Counted from the first letter of the stretch, positions 49,454 to 59,239 are shown. The stretch: DNA of 64,000 bases from Candidatus Delongbacteria bacterium (GCA_036721445.1 DAIMKZ010000001.1:1175-65174); one strand, 5' to 3'. The notes: generated by a model from the letters alone, not told the origin. Translations and numbers: made by a program.

Positions 49454-50191
49454 ATGAGACTCGAAAATTTTACACATATAATAGACCTGGAAAAAGTGGA
49501 TTCTACAAATTCATATCTGAAAAAAAATTCCGATGACCTGAATACTGGTACAGTTCTTTTCGCAAAAGATCAGACAGGAGGTAAGGGCAGGCTCGGCAGA
49601 AGCTGGTACGGCGAACCGGGTAAAAGCATTTTCTGTTCATTCCTGATCAAAAATATTTACGAGAGTTCAGACGCCATAAGGCTGTCATTCCTGTTTTCAC
49701 TGGCAGTAAAAATGATGCTCACAAAATACATCGACTCCGGCAGAATAGTTCTGAAATGGCCCAACGATGTGACGGTATCAGGAAAAAAGATATGCGGAAT
49801 ATTATCCGAATATTCAAAAGAATGCGTAATAATCGGAATCGGAATAAACATTATGGATTTCATACCTAAGGGAAATATCTCTTATCCTTACACTTCAGTC
49901 GAATCAGAAGCAGTTGATCCGCCTGATATTGAAATAATTAAAAATGAGCTCGTCGAATCTGTTAACATGGTGTACAGAAGGTACTGTACGAATACAGCGA
50001 GCGATATACCTCTGATATGGTTCAGGGAAGCTGATATAAAAGGAAGGCCTGTTACTGTCAGCATTGAAGGAAAAGCTACAAGCGGTGTTATAGATTCAAT
50101 AGACGACCTGGGATGTCTGATAATTAATAACGGTCACGGGTTAAAGGAGAGAATTTTTTACGGGGATGTGATATACAATGATCAATTTTGA
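49454..50191 (+). CDS. birA: biotin--[acetyl-CoA-carboxylase] ligase (catalytic domain only, no HTH)
   Basis: 'GGKGRLGRSW' (GRGRxGRxW) and 'KWPNDV' motifs. Confidence 0.75.
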   Translation: MRLENFTHIIDLEKVDSTNSYLKKNSDDLNTGTVLFAKDQTGGKGRLGRSWYGEPGKSIFCSFLIKNIYESSDAIRLSFLFSLAVKMMLTKYIDSGRIVLKWPNDVTVSGKKICGILSEYSKECVIIGIGINIMDFIPKGNISYPYTSVESEAVDPPDIEIIKNELVESVNMVYRRYCTNTASDIPLIWFREADIKGRPVTVSIEGKATSGVIDSIDDLGCLIINNGHGLKERIFYGDVIYNDQF

Positions 50192-50819
50192 TTTTGCCAG
50201 AAAAGAAATGATCTCTAATCAGCTAAAAAAAAGAGGTATAGCTGATAAAAGAGTTCTAAAAGCCTTCCAGGAAATTCCCAGACATATCTTTGTTCCCGAG
50301 GACAATATTGAGCACTCATACGACGATTCCGCTCTGCCGATAGGATACGGACAGACTATATCTCAGCCTTATATTACTGCCCTCATGACACAGATGTTGA
50401 GACCTCTTGAAGATGAAGTCATTCTTGAGATAGGTACAGGTTCCGGATTCCAGTCCGCGTTACTTTCAAAACTCTGTAAATATGTAGTATCTGTCGAAAG
50501 GATCCCCGAACTTGTCGGGTTTTCCAGAAACAATCTTCAAAAACTGAAAATAGAAAACATACAGGTCTTTGTAGGAGACGGAACTCTGGGTTGGAAATCT
50601 GAAGCGCCTTATGACGGAATAATTGTTTCTGCCGGAGCAAAAGAAATTCCTCAGTCACTTATAAATCAGCTTAAACCGGGAGGAAAGCTGATAATACCTC
50701 TTGAGCACGAGAATTACCATAAGCTGTTCAGAATAAAAAAAGAGGAAACCGGCTTTATTAAAGAGGAGATAATCGACTGCATGTTCGTACCTCTGATAGG
50801 GAGAGGGTATGATGAATAA
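50178..50819 (+). CDS. pcm: protein-L-isoaspartate O-methyltransferase
   Basis: 'GYGQTISQPY' and 'LEIGTGSGFQSALL' motifs. Confidence 0.85.
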   Translation: MINFDFARKEMISNQLKKRGIADKRVLKAFQEIPRHIFVPEDNIEHSYDDSALPIGYGQTISQPYITALMTQMLRPLEDEVILEIGTGSGFQSALLSKLCKYVVSVERIPELVGFSRNNLQKLKIENIQVFVGDGTLGWKSEAPYDGIIVSAGAKEIPQSLINQLKPGGKLIIPLEHENYHKLFRIKKEETGFIKEEIIDCMFVPLIGRGYDE

Positions 50820-51717
50820 ATATTTTATTTTATTCTTAAAAGGGATCGGTGTCGGTATCGCAAATATTATTCCCGGTGTTTCAGGCGGAACGATAGCATT
50901 GATCACGGGAATATTTGAAACTCTTTTAAATTCTATAAAATCTTTTGACATTAAGGCTGTAAAACTCATTTTCAGCGGAAAATTTAAAGATTTTACAGAA
51001 CACACGAACCTTTACTTTCTGATCTCGGTATTCGGAGGAGCAGGTACGGGAGTTTTCGCACTGTCCTTTCTACTGGGTTCACTTTTCGAGAATTATCCGA
51101 AATACGTATGGTCTTTTTTCTTCGGGCTGATCCTGGCATCTGTGTATTTTGTCGCGAAAAAGATCAGTAAATGGAATGCGGGCGTAGTATTATCTCTAAT
51201 ACTCGGAACCTTAATAGCCTTACTCATCATTAATGTATTTGATCCGGCATCGGAAAATTCATCCTATCTATATTTATTCATCTGCGGTATCGTGGCTACA
51301 TGCAGTATGATACTGCCGGGTCTCTCGGGGTCGTTCGTGCTGATCCTTCTGGGTAATTACGAGCTTGTAATGATCCAGTCGGTCAAAACAGTGAACTTAC
51401 ATGTTCTTATACCTGTTTTCCTTGGTGCTGCAGCCGGAATAATTGCTTTTTCTCATGTCCTTTCATGGGTATTTAAAAAATTCAGGGATCTTACTATAGC
51501 CCTTCTTTCAGGATTCATTTTGGGTTCTTTAACTTTATTGTGGCCTTGGAAGGATGCTGTCACAAAAGTATTCGAGAACGGAAAAGAAAAAGTGATAGGC
51601 TACAATTATTTTTTACCAGAATCGTTTTCATTGGAAGTGATTCTCGCAGTATCATTGATGATTGCCGGGGTTATTATAATATGGATATTGGAGAAATATT
51701 CTATTGATAAAAACTAG
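50809..51717 (+). CDS. DUF368 family membrane protein (PopT-type undecaprenyl-phosphate translocase family)
   Basis: Internal repeat with 'IPGVSGG' and 'LPGLSGS' motifs, about 8 TMs. Confidence 0.65.
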   Translation: MMNKYFILFLKGIGVGIANIIPGVSGGTIALITGIFETLLNSIKSFDIKAVKLIFSGKFKDFTEHTNLYFLISVFGGAGTGVFALSFLLGSLFENYPKYVWSFFFGLILASVYFVAKKISKWNAGVVLSLILGTLIALLIINVFDPASENSSYLYLFICGIVATCSMILPGLSGSFVLILLGNYELVMIQSVKTVNLHVLIPVFLGAAAGIIAFSHVLSWVFKKFRDLTIALLSGFILGSLTLLWPWKDAVTKVFENGKEKVIGYNYFLPESFSLEVILAVSLMIAGVIIIWILEKYSIDKN

Positions 51718-52877
51718 ATGTTCTTCAGAATCTTAGAAAATGCAGAAATAAATAATTCTATTTCCCCTTCATTAATAATAAGTGGAGGAAGCAGTCTCAG
51801 GATGTTTCCCTGCGTCATGTTCACGAATATTTTTTCTTTTTGAAACAATTCTGAAATTTTATTCTCGTTTCTCAGTATTTCTATTCCGATCATCAATCCT
51901 AAACCGGATATTCTACCGATAAGTTCCGGATGTTTATTCCTTAATTCCACTGCTTCATCAACAAGCATGCCGCCTTTTTTACTGACATTTTCCAGGAAAG
52001 TCTTGCGGTTTATCGTTTTTATAGTTTCGAGCCCGGCGGCGCAGGAGACCGGATTGCCGCCGAATGTAGAACCGTGCTCGCCGTAACCCAGAATGTCGCA
52101 GTGCTCCCTGCCTGCCATCAGAACTCCGAGAGGCAGGCCCCCGCCTATAGCTTTGGCAGTTACGGCGATGTCGGGAACTATCCCGAAATGTTCAAAGCTG
52201 AACAATTTACCCGTCCTTCCCATTCCGGACTGTATCTCGTCAGCCATAAGAACAGCTTTGAACTTCGCGGTTCTCTCGCTGAGTTTGCGCGCAAACTCAC
52301 CGTCCGCGACATTAACACCGCCCTGACCCTGAATAAATTCAACGAAAACACCGGCTGTATCTCCGTTGATCTTGTCGAGATCACCTGTATCGTTGAATTT
52401 GAGAGTCATTACATTTGGAACGCCTCCGGGGAAATTATACGGTGATGAGTTGTCAGGGGCGGTCACTGACGCGGCGGCCAAAGTCCTTCCGTGGAAGGCC
52501 TGTGAAAAAGTAATGATAGTGTTTTTCCCGTTTGCCTTTCCATACTTACGGATAAGTTTCATTCCTGCTTCTATGGCCTCTGTACCGGAATTTGTGAAGA
52601 ATACTTTTTCCGCAAAGGTATTATTAACCAGATATTCAGCCAGTTTCCCGACAGGTTCAGCCTCAAAATAATTTGACAGATGACTGAATCTTTCAAGCTG
52701 AGCTTCTATCGCGTTATTTACATTAGATACATTATACCCGAGTGCATTTACTCCGAGCCCGCCGAACATATCGAGATATTTCCCGTCTTCTGTGATCAGG
52801 TAACATCCTTTGGATCCGGTAATCCTTTTTTCTATTCTTTTGTACACGGGTATAAAATATTTTTCGAACTCAGTCAT
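51714..52877 (-). CDS. argD: class III aminotransferase (acetylornithine/ornithine aminotransferase-like)
   Basis: 'FTNSGTEA', 'DEIQSGMGRTGK' and 'TAKAIGGGLP' motifs. Confidence 0.7.
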   Translation of the reverse strand: MTEFEKYFIPVYKRIEKRITGSKGCYLITEDGKYLDMFGGLGVNALGYNVSNVNNAIEAQLERFSHLSNYFEAEPVGKLAEYLVNNTFAEKVFFTNSGTEAIEAGMKLIRKYGKANGKNTIITFSQAFHGRTLAAASVTAPDNSSPYNFPGGVPNVMTLKFNDTGDLDKINGDTAGVFVEFIQGQGGVNVADGEFARKLSERTAKFKAVLMADEIQSGMGRTGKLFSFEHFGIVPDIAVTAKAIGGGLPLGVLMAGREHCDILGYGEHGSTFGGNPVSCAAGLETIKTINRKTFLENVSKKGGMLVDEAVELRNKHPELIGRISGLGLMIGIEILRNENKISELFQKEKIFVNMTQGNILRLLPPLIINEGEIELFISAFSKILKNI

Positions 52878-53001
52878 TTAATCTCCGAATGATTTTAACT
52901 GAAAAATAAGAATAATCCGTCCTTTTTTCAAAACATTTAAAATAAATCTGTTGCAGATGCGTTCACTGTACCAAAAGGCAAACAAAAAAAAGGAGATCAA
53001 A

Positions 53002-53553
53002 ATGAAAAAACTATTAACGACGCTGATACTGGCAGGAGCACTTCTGATCGCAGCTTCGGCACAGGAAACTTCCACTCCTCCGGCAACTTCAAAACCGGGT
53101 ATGGGACCGGGATTCAATATGGAAAACTGTACTGGAAACGGACCCGGTGTAATGGGTCATAAAATGGGTAATGACCATAACAGCCGTTTTAAAAAAGGCG
53201 GAATGGGAAGAGAAAACTGCGGACCGGCAATGATGGAACAGCTCGGTCTTTCAAAAGATCAGTCCGAGAAAATTCACCAGATCAAAATGAAATACGAGAA
53301 GAACGAGATCGGAATGGAAGCTGATCTTAAGAAACTTAAGATAGATAAACATGAAGCAATGAGGAATATGAATTTTGAAGAAGCTAAGAAGATCGTAAAG
53401 CAGATGTCGGAGATCAGATCAAAAAAGAATCTTTCAAAGATCGATGAAATGGCAGAGATCACAAAAGTACTGAGTAAAGAACAGCTTGAAAAATTCAAAG
53501 AACTTCACAGCGGACAGGGATTTATGAAACATAACATGAAAATGAAGAAATAA
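53002..53553 (+). CDS. periplasmic Spy/CpxP/ZraP-like protein with Met/Gly/His/Cys-rich N-terminal region
   Basis: Signal peptide; the likely start is the ATG at 53002 with AAAGGAG upstream. 'LGLSKDQSEKIHQI' LTxxQ-like motif and K/E-rich helices. Confidence 0.5.
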   Translation: MKKLLTTLILAGALLIAASAQETSTPPATSKPGMGPGFNMENCTGNGPGVMGHKMGNDHNSRFKKGGMGRENCGPAMMEQLGLSKDQSEKIHQIKMKYEKNEIGMEADLKKLKIDKHEAMRNMNFEEAKKIVKQMSEIRSKKNLSKIDEMAEITKVLSKEQLEKFKELHSGQGFMKHNMKMKK

Positions 53554-53570
53554 ACATAATATCTATCTAT

Positions 53571-53600
53571 CGGGGCAGTTTTTTTGACTGCCCTTTTTTA
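53571..53600 (+). terminator. rho-independent terminator
   Basis: GGGCAGT-ttttttg-ACTGCCC followed by T6. Confidence 0.6.
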
Positions 53601-53891
53601 TTTCAGGTGATATAAAAGAACACCGGTCAGGATCAGCAGGTATCTGTAATCAGGCTTTTCGTATAATTTGGTTTTCAGAAACTTCTTAGCTGTAAGAAGC
53701 AGTAAAAGAGAAGAAAGCGATATAAAACCTGTAAGGCTGACACCTGTCACGAAATAATAACAGGATAAAACGACTGAGGCCGCTATCAGCGGGGTGGTTA
53801 TGATAGTGAACAGGCCGGCTCGAAAGACGACATAGATAACTTCAAAGGACAGTACGATCATCAGCAATGTAAGAATAATTCTTTCAGGCAT
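53598..53891 (-). CDS. small 3-TM membrane protein, coupled to heptosyltransferase gene
   Basis: 97 aa, three hydrophobic helices. Overlaps the upstream GT9 gene stop by 8 nt. Confidence 0.35.
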   Translation of the reverse strand: MPERIILTLLMIVLSFEVIYVVFRAGLFTIITTPLIAASVVLSCYYFVTGVSLTGFISLSSLLLLLTAKKFLKTKLYEKPDYRYLLILTGVLLYHLK

Positions 53892-54888
53892 TCAACATTC
53901 CACATATTTTTTCGTAAACATTATCCGGCGAAATCTCCATCATGCAGCGGAAATGTTTTTTCGGACATTTTTTTCGTCCGAAGTGAGTGCATGGTCTGCA
54001 CTTGAGATGATCCGTCTGAAGCACCTGATAGTTCACTGAGTAAGGGAAGAAACCGAATTCTTCAGTTGTGCTTCCGAAAATGGCAAGTATCTTTTTGTCA
54101 AAACATTCCGCAAGATGCATCGGGCCGTTATCGTTGGTAACTACGAGATCGGCGAATTTGAGTACTGCTGCAGTCTGCTGAAGATCGAGCTTCCCTGTAA
54201 GATCTTCACATTCCGACCTGTTCTCATCTGAAATATACTCCCCTATCATTTCTTCTTCGCTGCCCTTACCGAGTATAAATATCTTCCTTCTCACAGTTTT
54301 TGAGAGGGTGATCTTTCTTACAAGTTCTCTGAAATATTCCTTGGGCCACATTTTTGTGTAATAACTTGCTCCCGGTATAAGAGCTATATAATTCGTATTA
54401 TGAAGATCGAACCTGCGAACTGTTTCGAGTTCTGTTTCCTTGTCTATCCCGAACTTCAGTTTCCATTTAGCCGGTGTCTTGATCCCTGCTTTCTCAAGCG
54501 CAGCGAAATACATTCTTGTGGCGGGAATTATTTCCTTGTATCCTCTCTTAAAACACACCAGAAGGAACCTCTCGATAACGCGTTTGTTATATGAAAAAAC
54601 ATTTTTTTTGAATCTTGTCAAGTACCTCGTTTTTGAATTCTTATGAAGGTCAAAAATAAAATCATAATGTGTCCTGGATATATCTTTTCTGATCTTTTTA
54701 AGCCCGGCTCTGTCTTTAAACACCATAAGCCTGTTGACCAGAGGGTTAGTATTGAGAGCATCGGAGTATTTCTTTGAAATAACCCAGTCAATCTGCGAAT
54801 CGGGAAATTCTTTTTTAAGAACATCAAGCACCGGAGTAGCCAGCAGGATGTCTCCCATCGATGAAAATCTGAGTATCAGTATCTTCAT
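53884..54888 (-). CDS. GT9 ADP-heptose:LPS heptosyltransferase
   Basis: 'ILILRFSSMGDILLATPV' N-terminus and 'NDNGPMHLA' C-terminal motif. Confidence 0.75.
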   Translation of the reverse strand: MKILILRFSSMGDILLATPVLDVLKKEFPDSQIDWVISKKYSDALNTNPLVNRLMVFKDRAGLKKIRKDISRTHYDFIFDLHKNSKTRYLTRFKKNVFSYNKRVIERFLLVCFKRGYKEIIPATRMYFAALEKAGIKTPAKWKLKFGIDKETELETVRRFDLHNTNYIALIPGASYYTKMWPKEYFRELVRKITLSKTVRRKIFILGKGSEEEMIGEYISDENRSECEDLTGKLDLQQTAAVLKFADLVVTNDNGPMHLAECFDKKILAIFGSTTEEFGFFPYSVNYQVLQTDHLKCRPCTHFGRKKCPKKHFRCMMEISPDNVYEKICGMLNA

Positions 54889-54955
54889 GTTGTTTCTCCT
54901 TTTAAAAAAAATGCGACGGGTTCCGTCGCATTTGTACTATATTCGATGATTCGAT

Positions 54956-55165
54956 CTATATAGTTTTTACGTCTTGAGCTTGTGGACCCTTGTCGTTCTC
55001 GATCACTTCGAATTCTACTTTTTGTCCGTCCTGAAGAGTTTTGAATCCTTCATTCTTGATCGCAGAATAGTGAACGAATATGTCTCTTCCGCCGTCGGTT
55101 GTTATGAATCCGTATCCTTTTGAAGAATCGAACCATTTTACAGAACCAGTTTCGCGCTCTGCCAT
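54956..55165 (-). CDS. cold-shock protein (CspA family)
   Basis: '[15 protein letters not shown]' RNP1 and 'DIFVHYSAI' RNP2. An intergenic region of about 265 nt upstream is consistent with a long regulatory 5' UTR. Confidence 0.9.
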   Translation of the reverse strand: MAERETGSVKWFDSSKGYGFITTDGGRDIFVHYSAIKNEGFKTLQDGQKVEFEVIENDKGPQAQDVKTI

Positions 55166-55429
55166 CTTTGCTACCTCCTAATTAAAATTTGTTTAAGAGC
55201 AGGTCTCAGTCTTAAATCAGTCCGACTGTAAAACCTCTCTGCTCATGGATCTTACCACGGCGAATAAATTTAATACATTATTTTCTCATTGGCAAGATAA
55301 ATATTCGGATAGTCAAAAAAATAGTTGTTAATAATTAAGTTGATTTTTATGTTTTTTTTCGCTAATTTATATAACGGCTCGGGAGAACATCCCCCTGCTG
55401 TTTATACTAAAATAAAGCGGGAGAGCATC

Positions 55430-56842
55430 ATGAGAAGATCGGTCCAATTGTTTTTTGTACTTATTATTTCAGTACTGTTGCATTCACAGGAATCAGAACT
55501 GGAAAAATATAAGAAAATGCAGCAGCAGGATATTGACCAGTGGAAGCAGGAAAGGGATGCCGAGCTTGATGCTTACAAAGCAAGAGTAGAGAAAGAAAGA
55601 AAAGAGTGGGCAGAGTATGTGAAGGGTGTAAGGCAGAAGTGGGGTGAATTTTCAGATACAACACCTAAAGTATGGTCGAATTATGGTAATGATCTGAACT
55701 CTCTGGGCCGGGTGGATTTTGATAATAACAAGGTAGAGATCGCAGCTTTGGTCGAAGGAGACGATCCTGCCGCTGCTGAAATACTGATAGAAAAACAGCT
55801 TGAAATACTGCTGAACGAGAAAGAAGAGGGTACCGACAACAAATTCATGGAAGGCCAGATCGCTTTTGAAAAGTCAGACGATGAGAATCAGAAAAAACTT
55901 CTGGAAATGGAAAAGAAATTCGAAGAGCAGAGAGCAGAAATAGAAAGAAAGAACATGGCTCAGAAAGAAGCGCTGGAAAAAAGAAAAAGGGAACTTGAGA
56001 TACAGGCGATGGAGAAAAAGCTTGCTGAAGAAAAGAAAGCTGCCGAAATGAAAAAAATCGAGGAAGAACAGGAAAAAATAAGAAAAAAAGAACAGGAAGA
56101 AAAAAGAAAGCTGGCAGAAGAAAAAGCAAAGCAGGAAAAAAAGATAGTTAAAACTGTCGACTCCTCAAACAGTAAAGACTTCGTTAAGGAAAAAGTAAAG
56201 CATCAGGTAAAAAAAGAAGTTGTTGTCGGTGAAGACGGCAAGGCAAGAACAAAATACTCCGTCAGTCTTGAGATGGTACCTAACAGTATTCAGAAAAGAG
56301 CGGAGAATTACATAGATCTAATAAAGAGCTACAGTGAAAAAAATGATGTGGAAGCAGCCCTTGTTATGGCTCTGATACATACCGAATCAGCTTTCAACCC
56401 CAAGGCTTTCTCAAGAAGACCCGACGGAACGCCTATGGCTTGCGGACTGATGCAGATAATCCCATCTCAGGCAGGAAGAGATGCACACAAAGCTCTTTTC
56501 GGGACAGACAAGATCGTTGAATCAGAATACCTGTTCGACCCTGAAAATAATCTTAGAATGGGTACTTGGTATGTAAAATGGCTTTCTAAATGGTGGACCA
56601 ACTACGAAAATAAAAATTTCAAACGAACAAGCAGCAAACTGAAAAACGAATATTACGCTATCTCGTCATATAATCAGGGTATGGGAACTATTCTAAACAA
56701 GGCATATAAAACCCATAAACTCATCGATAAATCTGAACAGGAAACTTATACTATTCTTACTACCGAGAAAAATGTTCCGAAAGAAGGCAGGGATTATCTG
56801 GAAAGAGTCACGAAAAGGAAGGAGCTTTACAAGAGCAACTGA
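55430..56842 (+). CDS. membrane-bound lytic murein transglycosylase (MltC/SLT-domain) with long K/E-rich coiled-coil region
   Basis: Signal/anchor 'MRRSVQLFFVLIISVLL'. SLT motif 'HTESAFNP...GLMQI...YNQG'. The start is taken at the ATG at 55430, since the longer ORF-track start lacks coding character. Confidence 0.7.
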   Translation: MRRSVQLFFVLIISVLLHSQESELEKYKKMQQQDIDQWKQERDAELDAYKARVEKERKEWAEYVKGVRQKWGEFSDTTPKVWSNYGNDLNSLGRVDFDNNKVEIAALVEGDDPAAAEILIEKQLEILLNEKEEGTDNKFMEGQIAFEKSDDENQKKLLEMEKKFEEQRAEIERKNMAQKEALEKRKRELEIQAMEKKLAEEKKAAEMKKIEEEQEKIRKKEQEEKRKLAEEKAKQEKKIVKTVDSSNSKDFVKEKVKHQVKKEVVVGEDGKARTKYSVSLEMVPNSIQKRAENYIDLIKSYSEKNDVEAALVMALIHTESAFNPKAFSRRPDGTPMACGLMQIIPSQAGRDAHKALFGTDKIVESEYLFDPENNLRMGTWYVKWLSKWWTNYENKNFKRTSSKLKNEYYAISSYNQGMGTILNKAYKTHKLIDKSEQETYTILTTEKNVPKEGRDYLERVTKRKELYKSN

Positions 56843-56901
56843 CTATAAGAGTGATCATCAATTAAAATAAAATTTTAAGAATTAACCGGACGGAATATCT
56901 T

Positions 56902-57372
56902 ATGAATTACCTGACTGAAGAAGGGATGAAAAAAATTGTTGAAAAACTATACAACCTCAAACATGTTGAAAGATCTTCTATATTGAAAAGAGTTACAGAC
57001 GCGAGAAAACTCGGGGACCTGAGGGAGAACGGAGATTACAAAGCGGCAAGAGAAGACCTGACCAACATTGACATCAGGATCAATGAACTTGAAAAATATA
57101 TAGCTGAAAGCCAGATAATCAAGAGGGGTAAATCAAATAACAAAGTTGTCAGAATTCTAAATACCGTAAAGATAAAAGACCATACCAGAAATAAAGAGCT
57201 GGTCTACACTCTTGTATCACAGGCTGAGGCCGATCCTGTGGAAGGTAAGATTTCTGCGGACTCTCCAATAGGAAAAGGTCTGCTCGGTAAAAAGGCAGGT
57301 GAAAGATTTATCATAAATATACCTGCCGGCGAACTGGATGTTGAGGTCATTGAAATAACTTCAGAAGAATAA
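56902..57372 (+). CDS. greA: transcription elongation factor GreA
   Basis: 'LTEEGMKKI...GDLRENGDY...SPIGKGLLGKK' motifs. Confidence 0.85.
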   Translation: MNYLTEEGMKKIVEKLYNLKHVERSSILKRVTDARKLGDLRENGDYKAAREDLTNIDIRINELEKYIAESQIIKRGKSNNKVVRILNTVKIKDHTRNKELVYTLVSQAEADPVEGKISADSPIGKGLLGKKAGERFIINIPAGELDVEVIEITSEE

Positions 57373-57388
57373 ATATAACGGAGTATAT

Positions 57389-58135
57389 ATGTCAGGTCAT
57401 TCCAAATGGGCTACGATAAGAAGAAAGAAAGAAAAGATCGATGCGGCGAGAGGCAAGATTTTCACTAAATATCTGAAAGAAGTGATGACGGCTGCAAAAC
57501 TTGGCGGAAGTAATGAAAGCGCAAACCCAAGGCTTAAAACTGCGATAATGAAAGCCAAATCAGCGAATGTTCCCCTGGAAAGCATTACTAAGGCAAAGCT
57601 GAAAGGTGCCGGAGAGCTTCCGGGTATCCACTATGAGGACATCAATTATGAAGGTTACGGCCCGGGAGGAGTTGCGGTTATCGTTGAAACTATGACTGAC
57701 AATAAAGTAAGAACCGTAGGTGAAGTACGCCACCTCTTTACAAGGTTCGGAGGAAATCTGGGCGAGAACGGATCCGTCGGCTGGATGTTTAAAAAAATCG
57801 GACAGATAATAATCAGCGCTGAAGGAAAAGACGAGGATGCTGTACTTGAGGACGCTCTGGAAGCCGGAGCTGAAGATATGGTGAGAGAAGATGATAAATT
57901 CGTTATAACGACAGCCTTCGAGGATTATCTATCGGTATGCGACAAGCTCGAGAAGAAATATGAATTCGAATCGAACGAAGTAACCATGATCGCAGATAAC
58001 GAGGTTAAAGTACCTTCAGATAAAGTCAAAAACCTGATCAGCCTCCTTGAAGCGCTGGAGGATCTGGACGATGTTAACGATGTTTACAACAATGCCGATA
58101 TAGACGATGCCGATGTTGAAGCGATGGATAAATAA
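57389..58135 (+). CDS. yebC: YebC/PmpR family DNA-binding transcriptional regulator
   Basis: 'MSGHSKWATIRRKK' N-terminus. Conserved position upstream of ruvC-ruvA. Confidence 0.9.
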   Translation: MSGHSKWATIRRKKEKIDAARGKIFTKYLKEVMTAAKLGGSNESANPRLKTAIMKAKSANVPLESITKAKLKGAGELPGIHYEDINYEGYGPGGVAVIVETMTDNKVRTVGEVRHLFTRFGGNLGENGSVGWMFKKIGQIIISAEGKDEDAVLEDALEAGAEDMVREDDKFVITTAFEDYLSVCDKLEKKYEFESNEVTMIADNEVKVPSDKVKNLISLLEALEDLDDVNDVYNNADIDDADVEAMDK

Positions 58136-58635
58136 TGAGAATACTTGGAATAGACCCGGGAATTTCGTGCACCGGTTATGCCGTGCTTGATCAGGGCGAT
58201 GACGGGGCGGTTTCTCTTGTTGAGCTCGGCGTCATCAAAACATCTCCTTCAGAAACCATATCTCAGAGGCTTAAAACGATCTTTGAAGGTGTAGAGGAAG
58301 TGATTGTTTCTCTTGAGCCTGAACACCTCGCCATAGAAACAGTGTTCGTCGGTCGGAACGTTCAATCGGCATTAAAGCTCGGTCAGGCCCGCGGTGTGTC
58401 TATTGTCGCAGCGGCGAAAGCCGGTCTCGATGTAATGGAATTTTCTCCCAGAGAGGTAAAGCAGAATATCACGGGCAACGGAAATGCAACGAAAGAGCAG
58501 GTACAGTTCATGGTAACTTCGATCTTAAAACTGACCAAAGTTCCCAAACCGAACGATGCGGCGGACGCCGTCGCAATTGCACTTTCATTTATTCAGACCT
58601 ACAAATACAGATCGCAGATCAACAAACTGAGATAG
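58135..58635 (+). CDS. ruvC: crossover junction endodeoxyribonuclease RuvC
   Basis: 'ILGIDPGISCTGYAVL' with catalytic Asp and RNase-H fold length. Confidence 0.9.
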   Translation: MRILGIDPGISCTGYAVLDQGDDGAVSLVELGVIKTSPSETISQRLKTIFEGVEEVIVSLEPEHLAIETVFVGRNVQSALKLGQARGVSIVAAAKAGLDVMEFSPREVKQNITGNGNATKEQVQFMVTSILKLTKVPKPNDAADAVAIALSFIQTYKYRSQINKLR

Positions 58636-58639
58636 AATT

Positions 58640-59239
58640 ATGATAGAAATGCTTACAGGTGAATTAATTCAAAAAGAACCGTCCAGGATAATTATCAGCT
58701 GCGGAGGAGTGGGATTTGGAGTTATCATTTCATCGCACACATATTCTTCTCTTGGAGACATTGGATCTGTCCAGACACTTCACACATTCTTCAAGGTGAG
58801 AGAAGATGATATGTCACTTTATGGATTTTCGGATAAAAAAGAAAAGGAACTTTTTCTGCACCTGAGCTCGGTATCGGGAATAGGGCCGCGAACAGCGATC
58901 CAGGTACTTTCAGAGATCAAATATGACCGGCTTTTTTCTGCGATCACATCCGCCGATGTTACGCTCATATCTCAGGCGCACGGTGTAGGTAAGAAAACCG
59001 CACAGAAAATAGTATTCGAATTAAAAGACAAGATCGGCAGCATCGACGGTATATCCGCTTTGGGAGCTGTAATGGGAGCTTCGTCTGAAAATTCTGAGGC
59101 AGTTACTGCACTTGTCAGACTCGGATACAAAAATGCAGATGCGAACATTGCCGTAGCCCGGATAATTAAAGAAAAAGGTAAAGATGTTTCTACTCAGGAG
59201 ATAGTTAAGACCGCTCTGATGGAAAGAATGAAGAATTAG
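58640..59239 (+). CDS. ruvA: Holliday junction branch-migration protein RuvA
   Basis: 'MIEMLTGEL...' OB domain, HhH 'SVSGIGPRTAIQV' and C-terminal RuvB-binding domain. Confidence 0.9.
   Translation: MIEMLTGELIQKEPSRIIISCGGVGFGVIISSHTYSSLGDIGSVQTLHTFFKVREDDMSLYGFSDKKEKELFLHLSSVSGIGPRTAIQVLSEIKYDRLFSAITSADVTLISQAHGVGKKTAQKIVFELKDKIGSIDGISALGAVMGASSENSEAVTALVRLGYKNADANIAVARIIKEKGKDVSTQEIVKTALMERMKN

Noticed and set aside
55325-55429. Longer ORF-track start for the lytic transglycosylase (MLIIKLIF...).
   Set aside because: The extension lies in AT-rich promoter-like sequence shared with the divergent csp gene. A proper signal-anchor begins at the ATG at 55430.
55900-56150. Repetitive GAA/AAG-rich DNA considered as a CRISPR-like or non-coding repeat array.
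   Set aside because: It is in frame inside the transglycosylase and encodes the K/E coiled coil. There is no spacer/repeat periodicity.
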